From Deltaproteobacteria bacterium TL4 (lineage in GTDB: Bacteria; SAR324; NAC60-12), in contig JBBCAX010000096.1 in NCBI GenBank assembly GCA_051382335.1, positions 1-64,000 on the forward strand: DNA of 64,000 nt. The letters are read 5' to 3'. Both the position numbers and the translations under genes were made by a program. Positions 19,224-28,821 of the stretch are shown one piece after another (the first letter of the stretch is position 1; every line of letters begins with the position of its first letter). Below the pieces are notes generated by a model, which had not been told where the DNA came from, did no database searches, and saw only the letters and a program-made list of their open reading frames with translations.

Positions 19224-21165
19224 TCAATTCTCTCCTGTCCTTCATATCATAAAGTTTTCGTTCCACTTTCTTGTTAATTCCGAGCTTTTCCCTGGCTTCG
19301 TCAAGAATCATCATGATTTTTTCAACAGCGTCTTCAGGTTCTTCACAAACGTGAAAGGAACCTCCAAAATAGTCTTTGGTTTCTTCATTCAAAAAGCGGG
19401 TCACATTTTCAGAACCAGAGGTATAGAAGGGGGATCCTAAAATAACATCCACGCCAGAGGCTACAAAATAGCAACCAATCGCAATCGCCTTTTCACTCAT
19501 CCATTCAGGCGCGACACCCACCGCGGGAAGTTGCGAAATATCGTCGCCTAACCCACCTTCAAGGACAAGTTCTGTTGCCGCTTCCAAAATTCGCGCGTTA
19601 TCCACACAGCTTCCCATGTGAAGAACCGGAGGAATTCCAACCGCTTCACAAACTTCCCTGAGTGAAGCACCGGCGTGTTCGAGAGCCGCTTCAGGCATCA
19701 TCATCCCTTCTTTCGCGGAAGCAATCGCCGCACAACCTGTTTTGAGCACCAGAACATTTCGTTTGATCAATTCGAGCGTAATGGTGTTGGTATAATGGTC
19801 CGCTTTCATTTTGGGATTATTACAGCCGACAATACCAACAACGCCTTTGATCCGCCCCTGAATGATGGCGTCATTCAGCGGTCTGAAGGAGGCTCTGAAG
19901 GTACCTCCCAGCATATACTTAATCGCGTCAACACTGAAACCGGCGACCAAAGGTTTTTTACTTGAAGGGATCGCCACTTTTCGAGGATCACGATTTTTGA
20001 AGTTATCGACGGCCCGCATGATTATTTGTTTCGCTGTATCCAGCGCGTCTTCGGCATGAAAGGTCATCTGAGTCGCGCCAATCGTTTTCGCGATTTCTGA
20101 AGTTGCGATGATTTCGGTATGATAGGATTTTGCGATGTCGGGAAGACTGGGCATACAACATTGAACATCAACAATCATGACTTCGACCGCGCCTGTCACC
20201 AAGGCCAGTTCCTGCTGTAAAAAATTTCCGGCGACCGGAATCCCGTGCCGCATGAGCACTTCATTCGCGGTACAACAGATCCCTGCGAGTGTGATTCCCT
20301 CCGCACCCGCGTTTTTCGCGTATTTAATAATTCCCGGATCTTGAGTCGCTATAGCCAGCATTTCAGACAGAGTCGGTTCATGCCCGTGTACCAAAATATT
20401 GACCGTCTTTTCGTCCAATACGCCAAGATTTACATTACTGCGGATAGGAGAAGGGGTTCCAAAAAGAATATCGGAAACAATCATCGCGATGCGGGAACCG
20501 CCCCAGCCATCGGCGAGTGCCGTTCGAAAGGTTTGGAAAAGGAGGCTTTTATAATCATGCTCCACCCCCATAGCGGTCCGGTGCATCGACTCAACCACCA
20601 TGCGGTCAATGCCGAGAGGATTGATGTTATGAGTCGCCCAGTTAGTTTGCTGTTTCAAGGGAGCCAATTGCAACGTTTTCAAAATTTCTTCCTGTGAAGT
20701 GAATTCATTGAGAAAAAGGTTCGCCAAGTCGATAGCGACCTCTGCTTTTTTGCGTCCAGCTTCTTCAACATGGAAAGACCTTGCCGCTTTGCGAAGGGCT
20801 TTTTCGTCTTTGAGTTCATAGCCTGAAATTTTACCTTCGGCTACCTTCTTCAGAGTCAACACCAAATGACGCCCATGATCGGAGTGTGCCGCGGTTCCGC
20901 CTACCACTTCCCTCAGATAATTTCGCGCGACAATGGTATCCGCATCAGCACCACAAACGCCTTTGGGCGATTTAGGCGTAATTTTGCATGGTCCCATGTG
21001 ACAAATACGGCAACAGACTCCGGTTGTTCCAAATTTGCATTGGTTTTGTTGGGTCTCCATACGGGAGAAACAGGTTTCAATACAATCCCCCTCCGCCTTT
21101 GCCAAGGCCTCACAGGAGGCTTTATCCCAAACTCGATCCTCAACGGTTTTCGACTCTTTTTTCAT
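19216..21165 (-). CDS. cooS: Anaerobic Ni-dependent carbon monoxide dehydrogenase catalytic subunit
   Basis: Motifs CKFGTTGVCCRICHMGPC, AAHSDHGRH, HGHEP, ICCTANE, DVQC, GCNN, TGC, HMGSCVDN, WMSEKA. Confidence 0.97.
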   Translation of the reverse strand: MKKESKTVEDRVWDKASCEALAKAEGDCIETCFSRMETQQNQCKFGTTGVCCRICHMGPCKITPKSPKGVCGADADTIVARNYLREVVGGTAAHSDHGRHLVLTLKKVAEGKISGYELKDEKALRKAARSFHVEEAGRKKAEVAIDLANLFLNEFTSQEEILKTLQLAPLKQQTNWATHNINPLGIDRMVVESMHRTAMGVEHDYKSLLFQTFRTALADGWGGSRIAMIVSDILFGTPSPIRSNVNLGVLDEKTVNILVHGHEPTLSEMLAIATQDPGIIKYAKNAGAEGITLAGICCTANEVLMRHGIPVAGNFLQQELALVTGAVEVMIVDVQCCMPSLPDIAKSYHTEIIATSEIAKTIGATQMTFHAEDALDTAKQIIMRAVDNFKNRDPRKVAIPSSKKPLVAGFSVDAIKYMLGGTFRASFRPLNDAIIQGRIKGVVGIVGCNNPKMKADHYTNTITLELIKRNVLVLKTGCAAIASAKEGMMMPEAALEHAGASLREVCEAVGIPPVLHMGSCVDNARILEAATELVLEGGLGDDISQLPAVGVAPEWMSEKAIAIGCYFVASGVDVILGSPFYTSGSENVTRFLNEETKDYFGGSFHVCEEPEDAVEKIMMILDEAREKLGINKKVERKLYDMKDRRELNV

Positions 21166-21239
21166 AATGATCCTAATTGATTAGCTAAGCTTTTAAAAAG
21201 CTCCACAAAAGTACAAAATATTACAACGACATTACCTAA

Positions 21240-21318
21240 TTTTTAGTCCGCGAAAAACACGAAAAAATATTTTAAAAAAACTTTTTCGTGATTTTTCGTG
21301 TTTTTCGCGGACTAAAAA
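21240..21318. repeat. Long intergenic inverted repeat (~26-bp perfect arms built from CACGAAAAA-type subunits)
   Basis: TTTTAGTCCGCGAAAAACACGAAAAA ... TTTTTCGTGTTTTTCGCGGACTAAAA. Confidence 0.85.
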
Positions 21319-21340
21319 AATATTATGAATGCCCCCTTGA

Positions 21341-22105
21341 TTACGATATTCCAAGTTCTTCGATGAAGGCATCCAGACGTTGAACGACCCGGTTTCCCGA
21401 AGACAACGCCTTCACACTTTTTCCTTCTTCAGCCAAGATGGCCAGCTCTTCGTCATCGGGGATTCCAACCACATAATCGGCACCGGTTGCCTCTTGCAAT
21501 GCTCTGATGTGTGAAGGCAACTCGCTACCTCTGAGGCGATTGACCACAATGGCTAAACGCTCATAAGAAATTTCCATTTCCCGCGCGAGTTTATGGAGAC
21601 GACCCACGGTATCCAGTCCTCGTTGCGAAGGATCAGTAACCATGACCAGCAGATTGACTTTTTGAACAATACGGCGGGACAGGTTTTCCAAACCGGCTTC
21701 ATTATCCAAAACAACGTAGGGATATTGGGACGAGATTTCTTTCAGCGTTGCTTTGAGCACATTATTGGCAAAACAATAGCAACCGGGTCCTTCAGGACGT
21801 CCCATCGCGATAAAGTCAAAGTCTTCATCTTCTATCATGCTTTCAGCAATTTTCATTTCCAGCAATTCGTGCTTTGAGATTCCGGTCACTTGTCCTTTAC
21901 CGACAATTTGACGTGCTTCTTCCCGTACACCACCCACGGTTTTTTTGATGTGAACGCCTAACACGGTATCCAGACAGGTATTGGGATCAGCGTCCACCGC
22001 TAAAACAGGACGACACCCTTTAGCAATCAAACGATTGACGAGCAATCCTGAAACCGTGGTCTTGCCTACCCCGCCTTTGCCACTAACCGCAATGATATAA
22101 CTCAT
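21341..22105 (-). CDS. cooC: CooC/AcsF-family nickel-insertion ATPase
   Basis: Motifs SGKGGVGKTT, VDADPN, GPGCYC, DNEAGLENLSR. Confidence 0.92.
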   Translation of the reverse strand: MSYIIAVSGKGGVGKTTVSGLLVNRLIAKGCRPVLAVDADPNTCLDTVLGVHIKKTVGGVREEARQIVGKGQVTGISKHELLEMKIAESMIEDEDFDFIAMGRPEGPGCYCFANNVLKATLKEISSQYPYVVLDNEAGLENLSRRIVQKVNLLVMVTDPSQRGLDTVGRLHKLAREMEISYERLAIVVNRLRGSELPSHIRALQEATGADYVVGIPDDEELAILAEEGKSVKALSSGNRVVQRLDAFIEELGIS

Positions 22106-22137
22106 GAATTAACCCAACTACATTTTTATAACTTTTC

Positions 22138-22231
22138 AGCAGCAGATGAACGCAGCCAAACGCGGATTTTTTAAATACTTTATAAAACTTGGATTTTTTT
22201 TATCTGCGTTCATCTGCGTTCATCTGCGGCT
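22138..22231. repeat. Intergenic inverted repeat built from 10-bp ATCTGCGTTC units
   Basis: AGCAGCAGATGAACGCAGCCAAACGCGGAT ... ATCTGCGTTCATCTGCGTTCATCTGCGGCT. Confidence 0.8.
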
Positions 22232-22237
22232 AAATCA

Positions 22238-23020
22238 TTATTTTTTTGATAATTCTTCCAAGCGGCCAAGAAGGGTTTCAAATCGGGAAAGCACCTCAGA
22301 ACTGAGATTATCGAGCACAGCGCCGCCTTTTCTATCCGCGAGTCGAATGCTCTCAGAGTAGGGAATCACTCCCAGCAGTTCATGATCGTGAAGAGCGTCC
22401 CGGATAAACTGTTCATCTTCGGGACTGGCAACTTTATTCGCGACGAACTGTACCTGATTCAATCCAATTTCCGCGGCCATTCGAATCACACGCTGAGCGC
22501 AGTCAATGGATCTTTGCCCGGGTTCAACCACGACCAGCAAGGTATCCACGCCTCTGGAAGTAGCTCGTCCCAGATGCTCCACTCCGGCTTCCATATCCAT
22601 GATTAAAGCCTCATCTTTGTAGAGCACCAAATCCGTGACCAGAGCACGGATCAGTATATTTTCGGGGCAGGCACAACCACTTCCACCTTGCTCTACCGCA
22701 CCCAAAACCAACAAGGCGACACCTTCATGCATCGTCGCATAAGAACCTGCGATATCAGAAACTTCAGGATTGATTTTAAAGATCTGTCCATAGCGCTTCA
22801 CTTTGGCTCCGGTACGTTCTTCAATCAGAGCGACCTGCTTGGAGATGGGGATGATGTTTTTTTGCTCGTCTTCGGATATTCCCAGGTATGACGCCAGATT
22901 GGAGTCTGGATCCGCGTCAACCGCCAGAACTTTCCCCCCTCTTCTGGCGAGCAATAAAGAAAGCGCCGCGGCCATAGAAGACTTTCCAACGCCGCCTTTG
23001 CCTGAAATAGCCAGTTTCAT
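22238..23020 (-). CDS. cooC: CooC-family nickel-insertion ATPase
   Basis: Motifs SGKGGVGKSS, VDADPDSNL, GSGCACPEN, DMEAGVEHLGR. Confidence 0.92.
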   Translation of the reverse strand: MKLAISGKGGVGKSSMAAALSLLLARRGGKVLAVDADPDSNLASYLGISEDEQKNIIPISKQVALIEERTGAKVKRYGQIFKINPEVSDIAGSYATMHEGVALLVLGAVEQGGSGCACPENILIRALVTDLVLYKDEALIMDMEAGVEHLGRATSRGVDTLLVVVEPGQRSIDCAQRVIRMAAEIGLNQVQFVANKVASPEDEQFIRDALHDHELLGVIPYSESIRLADRKGGAVLDNLSSEVLSRFETLLGRLEELSKK

Positions 23021-23025
23021 AAGTA

Positions 23026-24120
23026 TTAGTAGTTAATGTTAGTGAATCCGTATTTGACTCTCATTGCCTTGGAGAGAGCCATGGTCAGGTCAAAAACCCT
23101 TTCAGCGTCAGCAGGATTCAAGGAACCTGTTCCGCAGGCTGGCGTAATGATCGCCTGTTCGGCAATGAGTTGTTTATTGATGCCTTTTGAGGCCAGATTA
23201 TCCATCATTTTTTCAAAATGCGCTTCCAGGGATGCCACCGTTTGTTCTCGAATTGCGGTAGATGTGGGAACGACTCCCCAGGCAAGCATGCCGCCTGATT
23301 GGAGAAAAGGCTTGACGGAGTCGGCATACATGGCAATGGTTTCACCATATTCAAAAGCATCAAAATTCACAATATCCACACCGGCATCTATCAGAATACT
23401 CCATTCCGTGTTACCACAGCAATGAGTCCCCGCAAGCCCCTTATCGGCATGGATGGCTTCAACCATTTCACTCAGCAAAGCAATCACATCTTCCCGTTTG
23501 ACTGAAATATAGGTCGAACTTCCAAAAGCGGAAAGTATGGGTTCATCAATAAAACAGATGATTTTTTCGGCATAAGGCTGGAATTTTTGTATTTGCCAAC
23601 GACATTTCATCGCAAGCGCTTTGACCACCACATCCCGGAATTCTTCGTTGTAGTAAATGGCACGTTTATTTTCATCCACAATGGTGAGCGCAAAACTACA
23701 GGCCCCTGTCGTCTGGACTTTAACAAACGGACGTTTCTGGCCTGCTTTTTTTAATTGGCTTTCCAAGGCGTATATCCCTTTTGAAAACTCGGAACTGATT
23801 GCCATTGAAGAACAGTCCCCTGTTCCCTCATCAGGGTCCATTGCCAGCATATAAGGTTCGTAAAACGCGGCCAAGGCCTCAGAGTAATCCCCTGTTGTAT
23901 CGAAATACATACGTTTTTTTTCCTGATCAATCACAATACAAGGTAAACCTTCAGAATATTGAATTTCCATTTGTTCATGGAGTCCCAACTTGGGAAGTTG
24001 GGGCCAGATGGGGGATTCATAAAGTTTGGAAAGGGAGACACTGACAGCATAATCAGGGTCATCAAAAGGCATACTACCAATTCCTGTAGCAAGGAATCTC
24101 GGTTTTATAGACATGGTCAT
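23026..24120 (-). CDS. Cobalamin-independent methionine synthase core-type (MetE catalytic barrel only, MesB-like) methyltransferase
   Basis: 364 aa with motifs TGIGSMP, WPQLP, KVQTTG, IDEP, GTHCC (H-x-C Zn ligands), AWGVVPT, ITPACGTG. There is no N-terminal folate-binding barrel. Confidence 0.75.
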   Translation of the reverse strand: MTMSIKPRFLATGIGSMPFDDPDYAVSVSLSKLYESPIWPQLPKLGLHEQMEIQYSEGLPCIVIDQEKKRMYFDTTGDYSEALAAFYEPYMLAMDPDEGTGDCSSMAISSEFSKGIYALESQLKKAGQKRPFVKVQTTGACSFALTIVDENKRAIYYNEEFRDVVVKALAMKCRWQIQKFQPYAEKIICFIDEPILSAFGSSTYISVKREDVIALLSEMVEAIHADKGLAGTHCCGNTEWSILIDAGVDIVNFDAFEYGETIAMYADSVKPFLQSGGMLAWGVVPTSTAIREQTVASLEAHFEKMMDNLASKGINKQLIAEQAIITPACGTGSLNPADAERVFDLTMALSKAMRVKYGFTNINY

Positions 24121-24368
24121 TCCTCTTCATTAAGAGTCTAAACGCTACACCGCCTATTGAGAGGTTTAGAGCCAGTTGCAGGGGGTTTTCTGGAGAAAAT
24201 CGCTGTTATTATCGGCGGGAATACCAGCATAATTGAAGTCTAGCGTCAAGACAATTGAAAGTCCTCTCCACTTAAAGCCCATCGAGCGTAGTGATGTAAA
24301 GCTTTAAACTTTACAAAGAGTCAGAAAACTCATCCTGTTGCGTGATCCGTTTAAACAACGCTGTTTCA

Positions 24369-24444
24369 GGAGTGCCAAAGCTTGCTTTGGCCAGAAAGGC
24401 GAAGGCCTTGCTTTGGCTTTGACCAAAGCAAGCTTTGGCACTCC
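24369..24444. repeat. GGAG-type REP doublet
   Basis: GGAGTGCCAAAGCTTGCTTTGGC ... GACCAAAGCAAGCTTTGGCACTCC. Each arm is itself a hairpin. Confidence 0.75.
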
Positions 24445-24470
24445 ACAGTCTGGGTTTGACTCAAATGAAT

Positions 24471-26987
24471 TTATTTAAATAAATGCAGAAATTTTTGTTC
24501 TTGTTGTTGGTAGACATCCATAAGCGGTTTGGTTTTTACTAAAAAATTCTGAGTCGGTTCATATTTTAATTCACTGATTTGATGCTCAATTTCCTCGTGA
24601 AAAACCTGTTGTGCCCGTTCTAACCATTCTGGTTTCATTTTGACCAAAATCGCGCCCCCCTTTTTAATGTAGTAGGGAGTTCTTGTATGCAAATACGCAC
24701 GGAAAGAAAGGTGATCCACGGTTCTATCGTCGTGCTGATCACAGTAAGCGAGAAAATTTTCAAAAGTTTTCAAAAATCGTTTCTGTTCTTTTAAAGGGCC
24801 TTTGATGCTGACATCAAAAAGAAGCAGACTCAAATCAATCAAGGAACGATAACACTCAGGAACAGGGGGCGGAACTTTGGTCGTAACAATTTCGAAAATA
24901 GCTTCCATCAGAAGGTTAATATCAGGATCAAATTCCATAATTTTATGAACGCAGGTATGCAGCAAGTTGTATTTTATTTCATTCTCGTTTTCAATTTCTT
25001 TGGTGTCCCGCACCATGAAGTTATGAAAACTTTCTCCAGCTCGCGCTTGAGGCTCATAAGTACTGACGAGCTGCAGAAAAAGCTGAATTAGTTGTTGACG
25101 ATGAGCTTTGTTTTTAAACACTTCGGGATCAATGAATCTGATCTTTTTCGAAAAATCCCGTTCGGAAATAAAACGTTGTTCCACTTTGATTGCGTGTTCT
25201 CTGAATTGAACATGAGCCTCGATTGTGGTCTTTATGATTTTAAGTGCAGAGACCGAAAGCGACTCCACCGCACTGATGAAGGCCTTGATGGTTTCTTTTT
25301 CAGAAATCAACGCGTCTAAATGACGTCCTTCGGTAACTTGCAAACCAATGACGGTGGATAAACCATGACGGTTGATGAACTCCTTGATTTTTGCCACGCA
25401 ACGCTTCCCATCGAGTTCATCACTGGGCGTATGGGTTAAGCGAAGTTTTTTCATTTGAGGCCAAAGTGCCCACACCTCATCAAATTGATCGGGATAAGCC
25501 AACGGGTCATGCGTGTTATGAATTTCCAAAAGAGGAATCGTTGGAGGAATACGGTAAAAATTTTCTGAATAGTTGATTTGGGAATACTTTTCTTTAAACT
25601 CAAGATCCTTACGATCTTCAGGCTCAAAATCATAATCCACTAATCCTGAAGCCCAATCGTGCTGATAGGAGATGACGCCAGACTCATGATCAGCAATGTT
25701 CGCAAAATGCTCCAAGACTGTTTTCGGTGGGTTTTTAATGGCCAACTTCATTCCGGCGCGCAGAACTTTAGGGTCTGTAGTGATGGGATTGATCGTCTCG
25801 TGAGCACGACTGAACTGTTTCGTCCAATTCTCATTTTTGATTCCCAAGGTTGTATGCGCTTTTTCCAACAAGGGTATGAAATCATAGGTTGCGATTCTGT
25901 CAACGAAAGGAATCAGCCTTGCGATTCGTGCCAGACCTTTGAAGGGAAGAGTGCCATGTCGACCGAAAAGGGAAAGCGGCAAGAGCAGATACTTGAGCGC
26001 ATTTCCAGGCAGCCAAAATCCGCGTTTCATACTCAACGGGGAATTGATCACCATCAAGGCTTTGATGGCGATCACACAGCGAGGGCGTCTCAGTGAATCC
26101 AAAATAGTTTTGATCACAGATAAGATTCCTCCCATGCTGTGTCCCCCTAAGATGACCTGATGGGTTTGGCATTGGACACGGGCAAAATCAATGAGTGTGG
26201 TGACTAATGATTCGGCATAAACATCAAGATTCGCATTATTATCTTTTCGAATATGATCCAGGAGAAAGATTCGGCTTCCATTCTTGGCAAGGTGATAATC
26301 AATACTTTCGTTCCCTTCAAGATGAAAACTGTAATAATTGGAGAGAAACCCATGGATGAGACAGACAGGCGTGGGATTGGAAACCATTTTGGGGACAATT
26401 TCCCAGATTTTCAAGGAACGCATCCCATACCAGTGGAACTGATGAATTTTAACACAGTCAATAAAGTCAGGAAGGGGCTGTCCATCGGGATGCTTTTTAT
26501 CATAGACGGTCGTTTCAACCGACCTCATAAAATAAGGCCCTGCTTTTTGACGATCTTTATAAAGGATTCCCGATGTTGGAATAGCGGTAACCAGGTTCTT
26601 GAGCATCTCCTTGTTGGCAAGCTGTCTAATATGATGAGGAATGTCATAGAAATTGGGATGAATTCCAATCAACTTCAAAATCTTCCACAAATGAGAACTG
26701 GATTGTAAATAAGCGTTATTATTTTCTATCACGAAAGGATTTCCACTGGCACTGCTATTTCCATTTTCAGAGGGATAGAAATAGAGATTGTGAAGGTACT
26801 TATAAATCCGGTCAATTGTATATTGGGGATGTTTTTTTTCTGTAATAATGATGATACGATGAAAATTATTTCCATCCGATGTTGCCGATAAGGTCAACAA
26901 TTGATAAATCCGACCGGATAGTTCACGGATCATGATGCCTATCGGCTTGTGGTAGGATATTTCTGTGGAAAGCACAGGTAACGTCAT
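24471..26987 (-). CDS. Large alpha/beta-hydrolase-fold protein
   Basis: Motifs LIHGF, GHSMGG nucleophile elbow, HDPLA, GRHLD; long N- and C-terminal extensions that I cannot assign. Confidence 0.75.
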   Translation of the reverse strand: MTLPVLSTEISYHKPIGIMIRELSGRIYQLLTLSATSDGNNFHRIIIITEKKHPQYTIDRIYKYLHNLYFYPSENGNSSASGNPFVIENNNAYLQSSSHLWKILKLIGIHPNFYDIPHHIRQLANKEMLKNLVTAIPTSGILYKDRQKAGPYFMRSVETTVYDKKHPDGQPLPDFIDCVKIHQFHWYGMRSLKIWEIVPKMVSNPTPVCLIHGFLSNYYSFHLEGNESIDYHLAKNGSRIFLLDHIRKDNNANLDVYAESLVTTLIDFARVQCQTHQVILGGHSMGGILSVIKTILDSLRRPRCVIAIKALMVINSPLSMKRGFWLPGNALKYLLLPLSLFGRHGTLPFKGLARIARLIPFVDRIATYDFIPLLEKAHTTLGIKNENWTKQFSRAHETINPITTDPKVLRAGMKLAIKNPPKTVLEHFANIADHESGVISYQHDWASGLVDYDFEPEDRKDLEFKEKYSQINYSENFYRIPPTIPLLEIHNTHDPLAYPDQFDEVWALWPQMKKLRLTHTPSDELDGKRCVAKIKEFINRHGLSTVIGLQVTEGRHLDALISEKETIKAFISAVESLSVSALKIIKTTIEAHVQFREHAIKVEQRFISERDFSKKIRFIDPEVFKNKAHRQQLIQLFLQLVSTYEPQARAGESFHNFMVRDTKEIENENEIKYNLLHTCVHKIMEFDPDINLLMEAIFEIVTTKVPPPVPECYRSLIDLSLLLFDVSIKGPLKEQKRFLKTFENFLAYCDQHDDRTVDHLSFRAYLHTRTPYYIKKGGAILVKMKPEWLERAQQVFHEEIEHQISELKYEPTQNFLVKTKPLMDVYQQQEQKFLHLFK

Positions 26988-27322
26988 AAGGCCTCCTGAG
27001 TGAAGATTGAACGCTTAGTGTTCATGTCTGGATGGACACGGAACCTACCTAACCCAAAGTCAGGCTGTGAGTAGATGTACAGGGGCATTTAAAAAATGGT
27101 AAGGTAATCAGTGCTGAATGAAAAGCTGTTTAGCTTATACCTGGGCGCGGGTTAGTCACTTTATCGCCTTACAAAGGTCTGGATTTTAGGTCCTGGACCT
27201 AAAATCTAAATCTTCGTTCAGGAAAAGAGGGGTTCACTCATCTTTAGCAAAAAAAGCACCCATACTGATTGGAACCATCTATGAAAACCATCTAAATTTC
27301 AAGGGGAAAAGAAGGATTGGTG

Positions 27323-27483
27323 GGGGTTGGTCACATTTTTGGCCATGTGTCAAAAATTTGATCTTTGATGTTCCACCTGATTTGTGTTTTATTCCGTAGG
27401 GGCAGACCTGTGTGTCTGCCCAAGATCAGGACGAACACACAGGTTCGCCCCTACAAATTGTGGCCGAAAATATGACCAACCCC
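27323..27483. mobile_element. MITE-like element with 23-bp TIRs, an 8-bp target duplication and an internal GTAG REP doublet (27396-27454)
   Basis: TIRs GGGGTTGGTCACATTTTTGGCCA and TGGCCGAAAATATGACCAACCCC. GATTGGTG at 27315-27322 and 27484-27491. Inner GTAGGGGCAGACCTGTGTGTCTGCCC ... GGACGAACACACAGGTTCGCCCCTAC. Confidence 0.8.
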
Positions 27484-27786
27484 GATTGGTGCAAGGAGCC
27501 TGGCATTTTAACTGGAAATCGGATTGTTTGTGATTTCAACAAGCTAAATAACCATTTATAGTGACAATCTTGTTGACAAGCTCAACCTCTGCGTATTATT
27601 CCTTTTGAGAGGAGTCTATGAGCGCGGGAGGAAATAGAAATTTCAGCTTTTCATAAATAACGGGGTTCCTCTGCCAAAGAAGGTGATAGGGGTCGGCCTC
27701 AGTTCATTGAGGCAACCTTGATGTGGTTTACGATAAGAAGCCACAGGGTTGTTCGGTCAGGATTAACTTAAGCTGTCGGAGGTGTT

Positions 27787-28263
27787 ATGGAAGATTTTAG
27801 AAGAATGTTCAGCAAAGAAGAGTGGTTGGTTATGCAATTTGCCACTTTGTGGGTTTTTGAACTGGTTGCGAAAGCCGATGGTCGCATTGATCAAAAAGAA
27901 AGGAATAAACTCTATGACATTCTCCGCCATCCCTTTGAATATAACGATACGCTTGTTGAAAAATTTCTGAGATCCCTCTATATCCACTTAGATGAACTTT
28001 TTCCTCAATTTCAAGCGGATTCCAGAGACCCTTTGGACGGCATCAAAGAAGCGTTGCAGATCGTCAAGGCCCATGCGCCTGAACATTCCAAAATGTTCAG
28101 AATTTATTTATACGTTATCGGCTATAAAATTGCTGAAGCTTCAAAGGGGTTTTTAGGCTTGGAGGCACGGGTAAGTCGAAGCGAAAAGGCAGCTCTGGCT
28201 CAACTGGCAAAACTGTTTGCGTTCAGTCCAGAAGAGCTGGAGTTAGCGCATTCCATCGCTTAA
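27787..28263 (+). CDS. TerB-like helical protein
   Basis: GGAGG RBS; motifs VAKADGRIDQKE and IAEAS...VSRSEKAALAQL. Confidence 0.65.
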   Translation: MEDFRRMFSKEEWLVMQFATLWVFELVAKADGRIDQKERNKLYDILRHPFEYNDTLVEKFLRSLYIHLDELFPQFQADSRDPLDGIKEALQIVKAHAPEHSKMFRIYLYVIGYKIAEASKGFLGLEARVSRSEKAALAQLAKLFAFSPEELELAHSIA

Positions 28264-28326
28264 AACCGCTCGACCCGCTGAATCAGCGGGCCAAACAAGT
28301 ACTGAGACGAATTCGTCACTCCGGCG

Positions 28327-28716
28327 TTAAAAGGAGAGCAGCCTTTTTTCTTTACTGACGTGTTCCTCAAATTTAATAGCAATCCCCGTGGCTTTCCACT
28401 TAAACGAGTGGTAAATGAAGAAAAAAACTGAAGTGTTTTCCACATCAAAAGAATAATCCATAATCGCATCGCCGCCAAGACTTTGGGCTTCTTCCAAAAG
28501 AGCCTGATAGCCCTTTCCTCCAAGAGCTACAGCACCAAACCAGAGTTTCACTTCGCCAGTGACAGAAACACGTTTAAGAATCCTGAAGTCTTTGGTTGTG
28601 AATTGATAATGGGTCTCTGAGTCAGTCACACCCGGCGCAATCGTCTGTGTATAGAGACATCCCGACAAGAGAAACACGGAGAGCGTGAACAGGCCTAATA
28701 AATTGATTTTTCGCAT
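28327..28716 (-). CDS. Hypothetical lipoprotein
   Basis: GGAGG RBS before MRKINLL; lipobox LLSGC. Confidence 0.7.
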   Translation of the reverse strand: MRKINLLGLFTLSVFLLSGCLYTQTIAPGVTDSETHYQFTTKDFRILKRVSVTGEVKLWFGAVALGGKGYQALLEEAQSLGGDAIMDYSFDVENTSVFFFIYHSFKWKATGIAIKFEEHVSKEKRLLSF

Positions 28717-28821
28717 ACAACCTCCTTTTTTGGGTTTATAAATTAAGTCACGGGAATTTGATAATAGCCCCATGGGTTCTCACTCGAAACCTGCCTCCCC
28801 CAGGCAAAGCGGGGGAACGCT

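Noticed and set aside
24121..24300. SAM, SAH or cobalamin riboswitch upstream of the methionine synthase-like gene
   Set aside because: I could not find the consensus elements by eye; an Rfam scan is needed.
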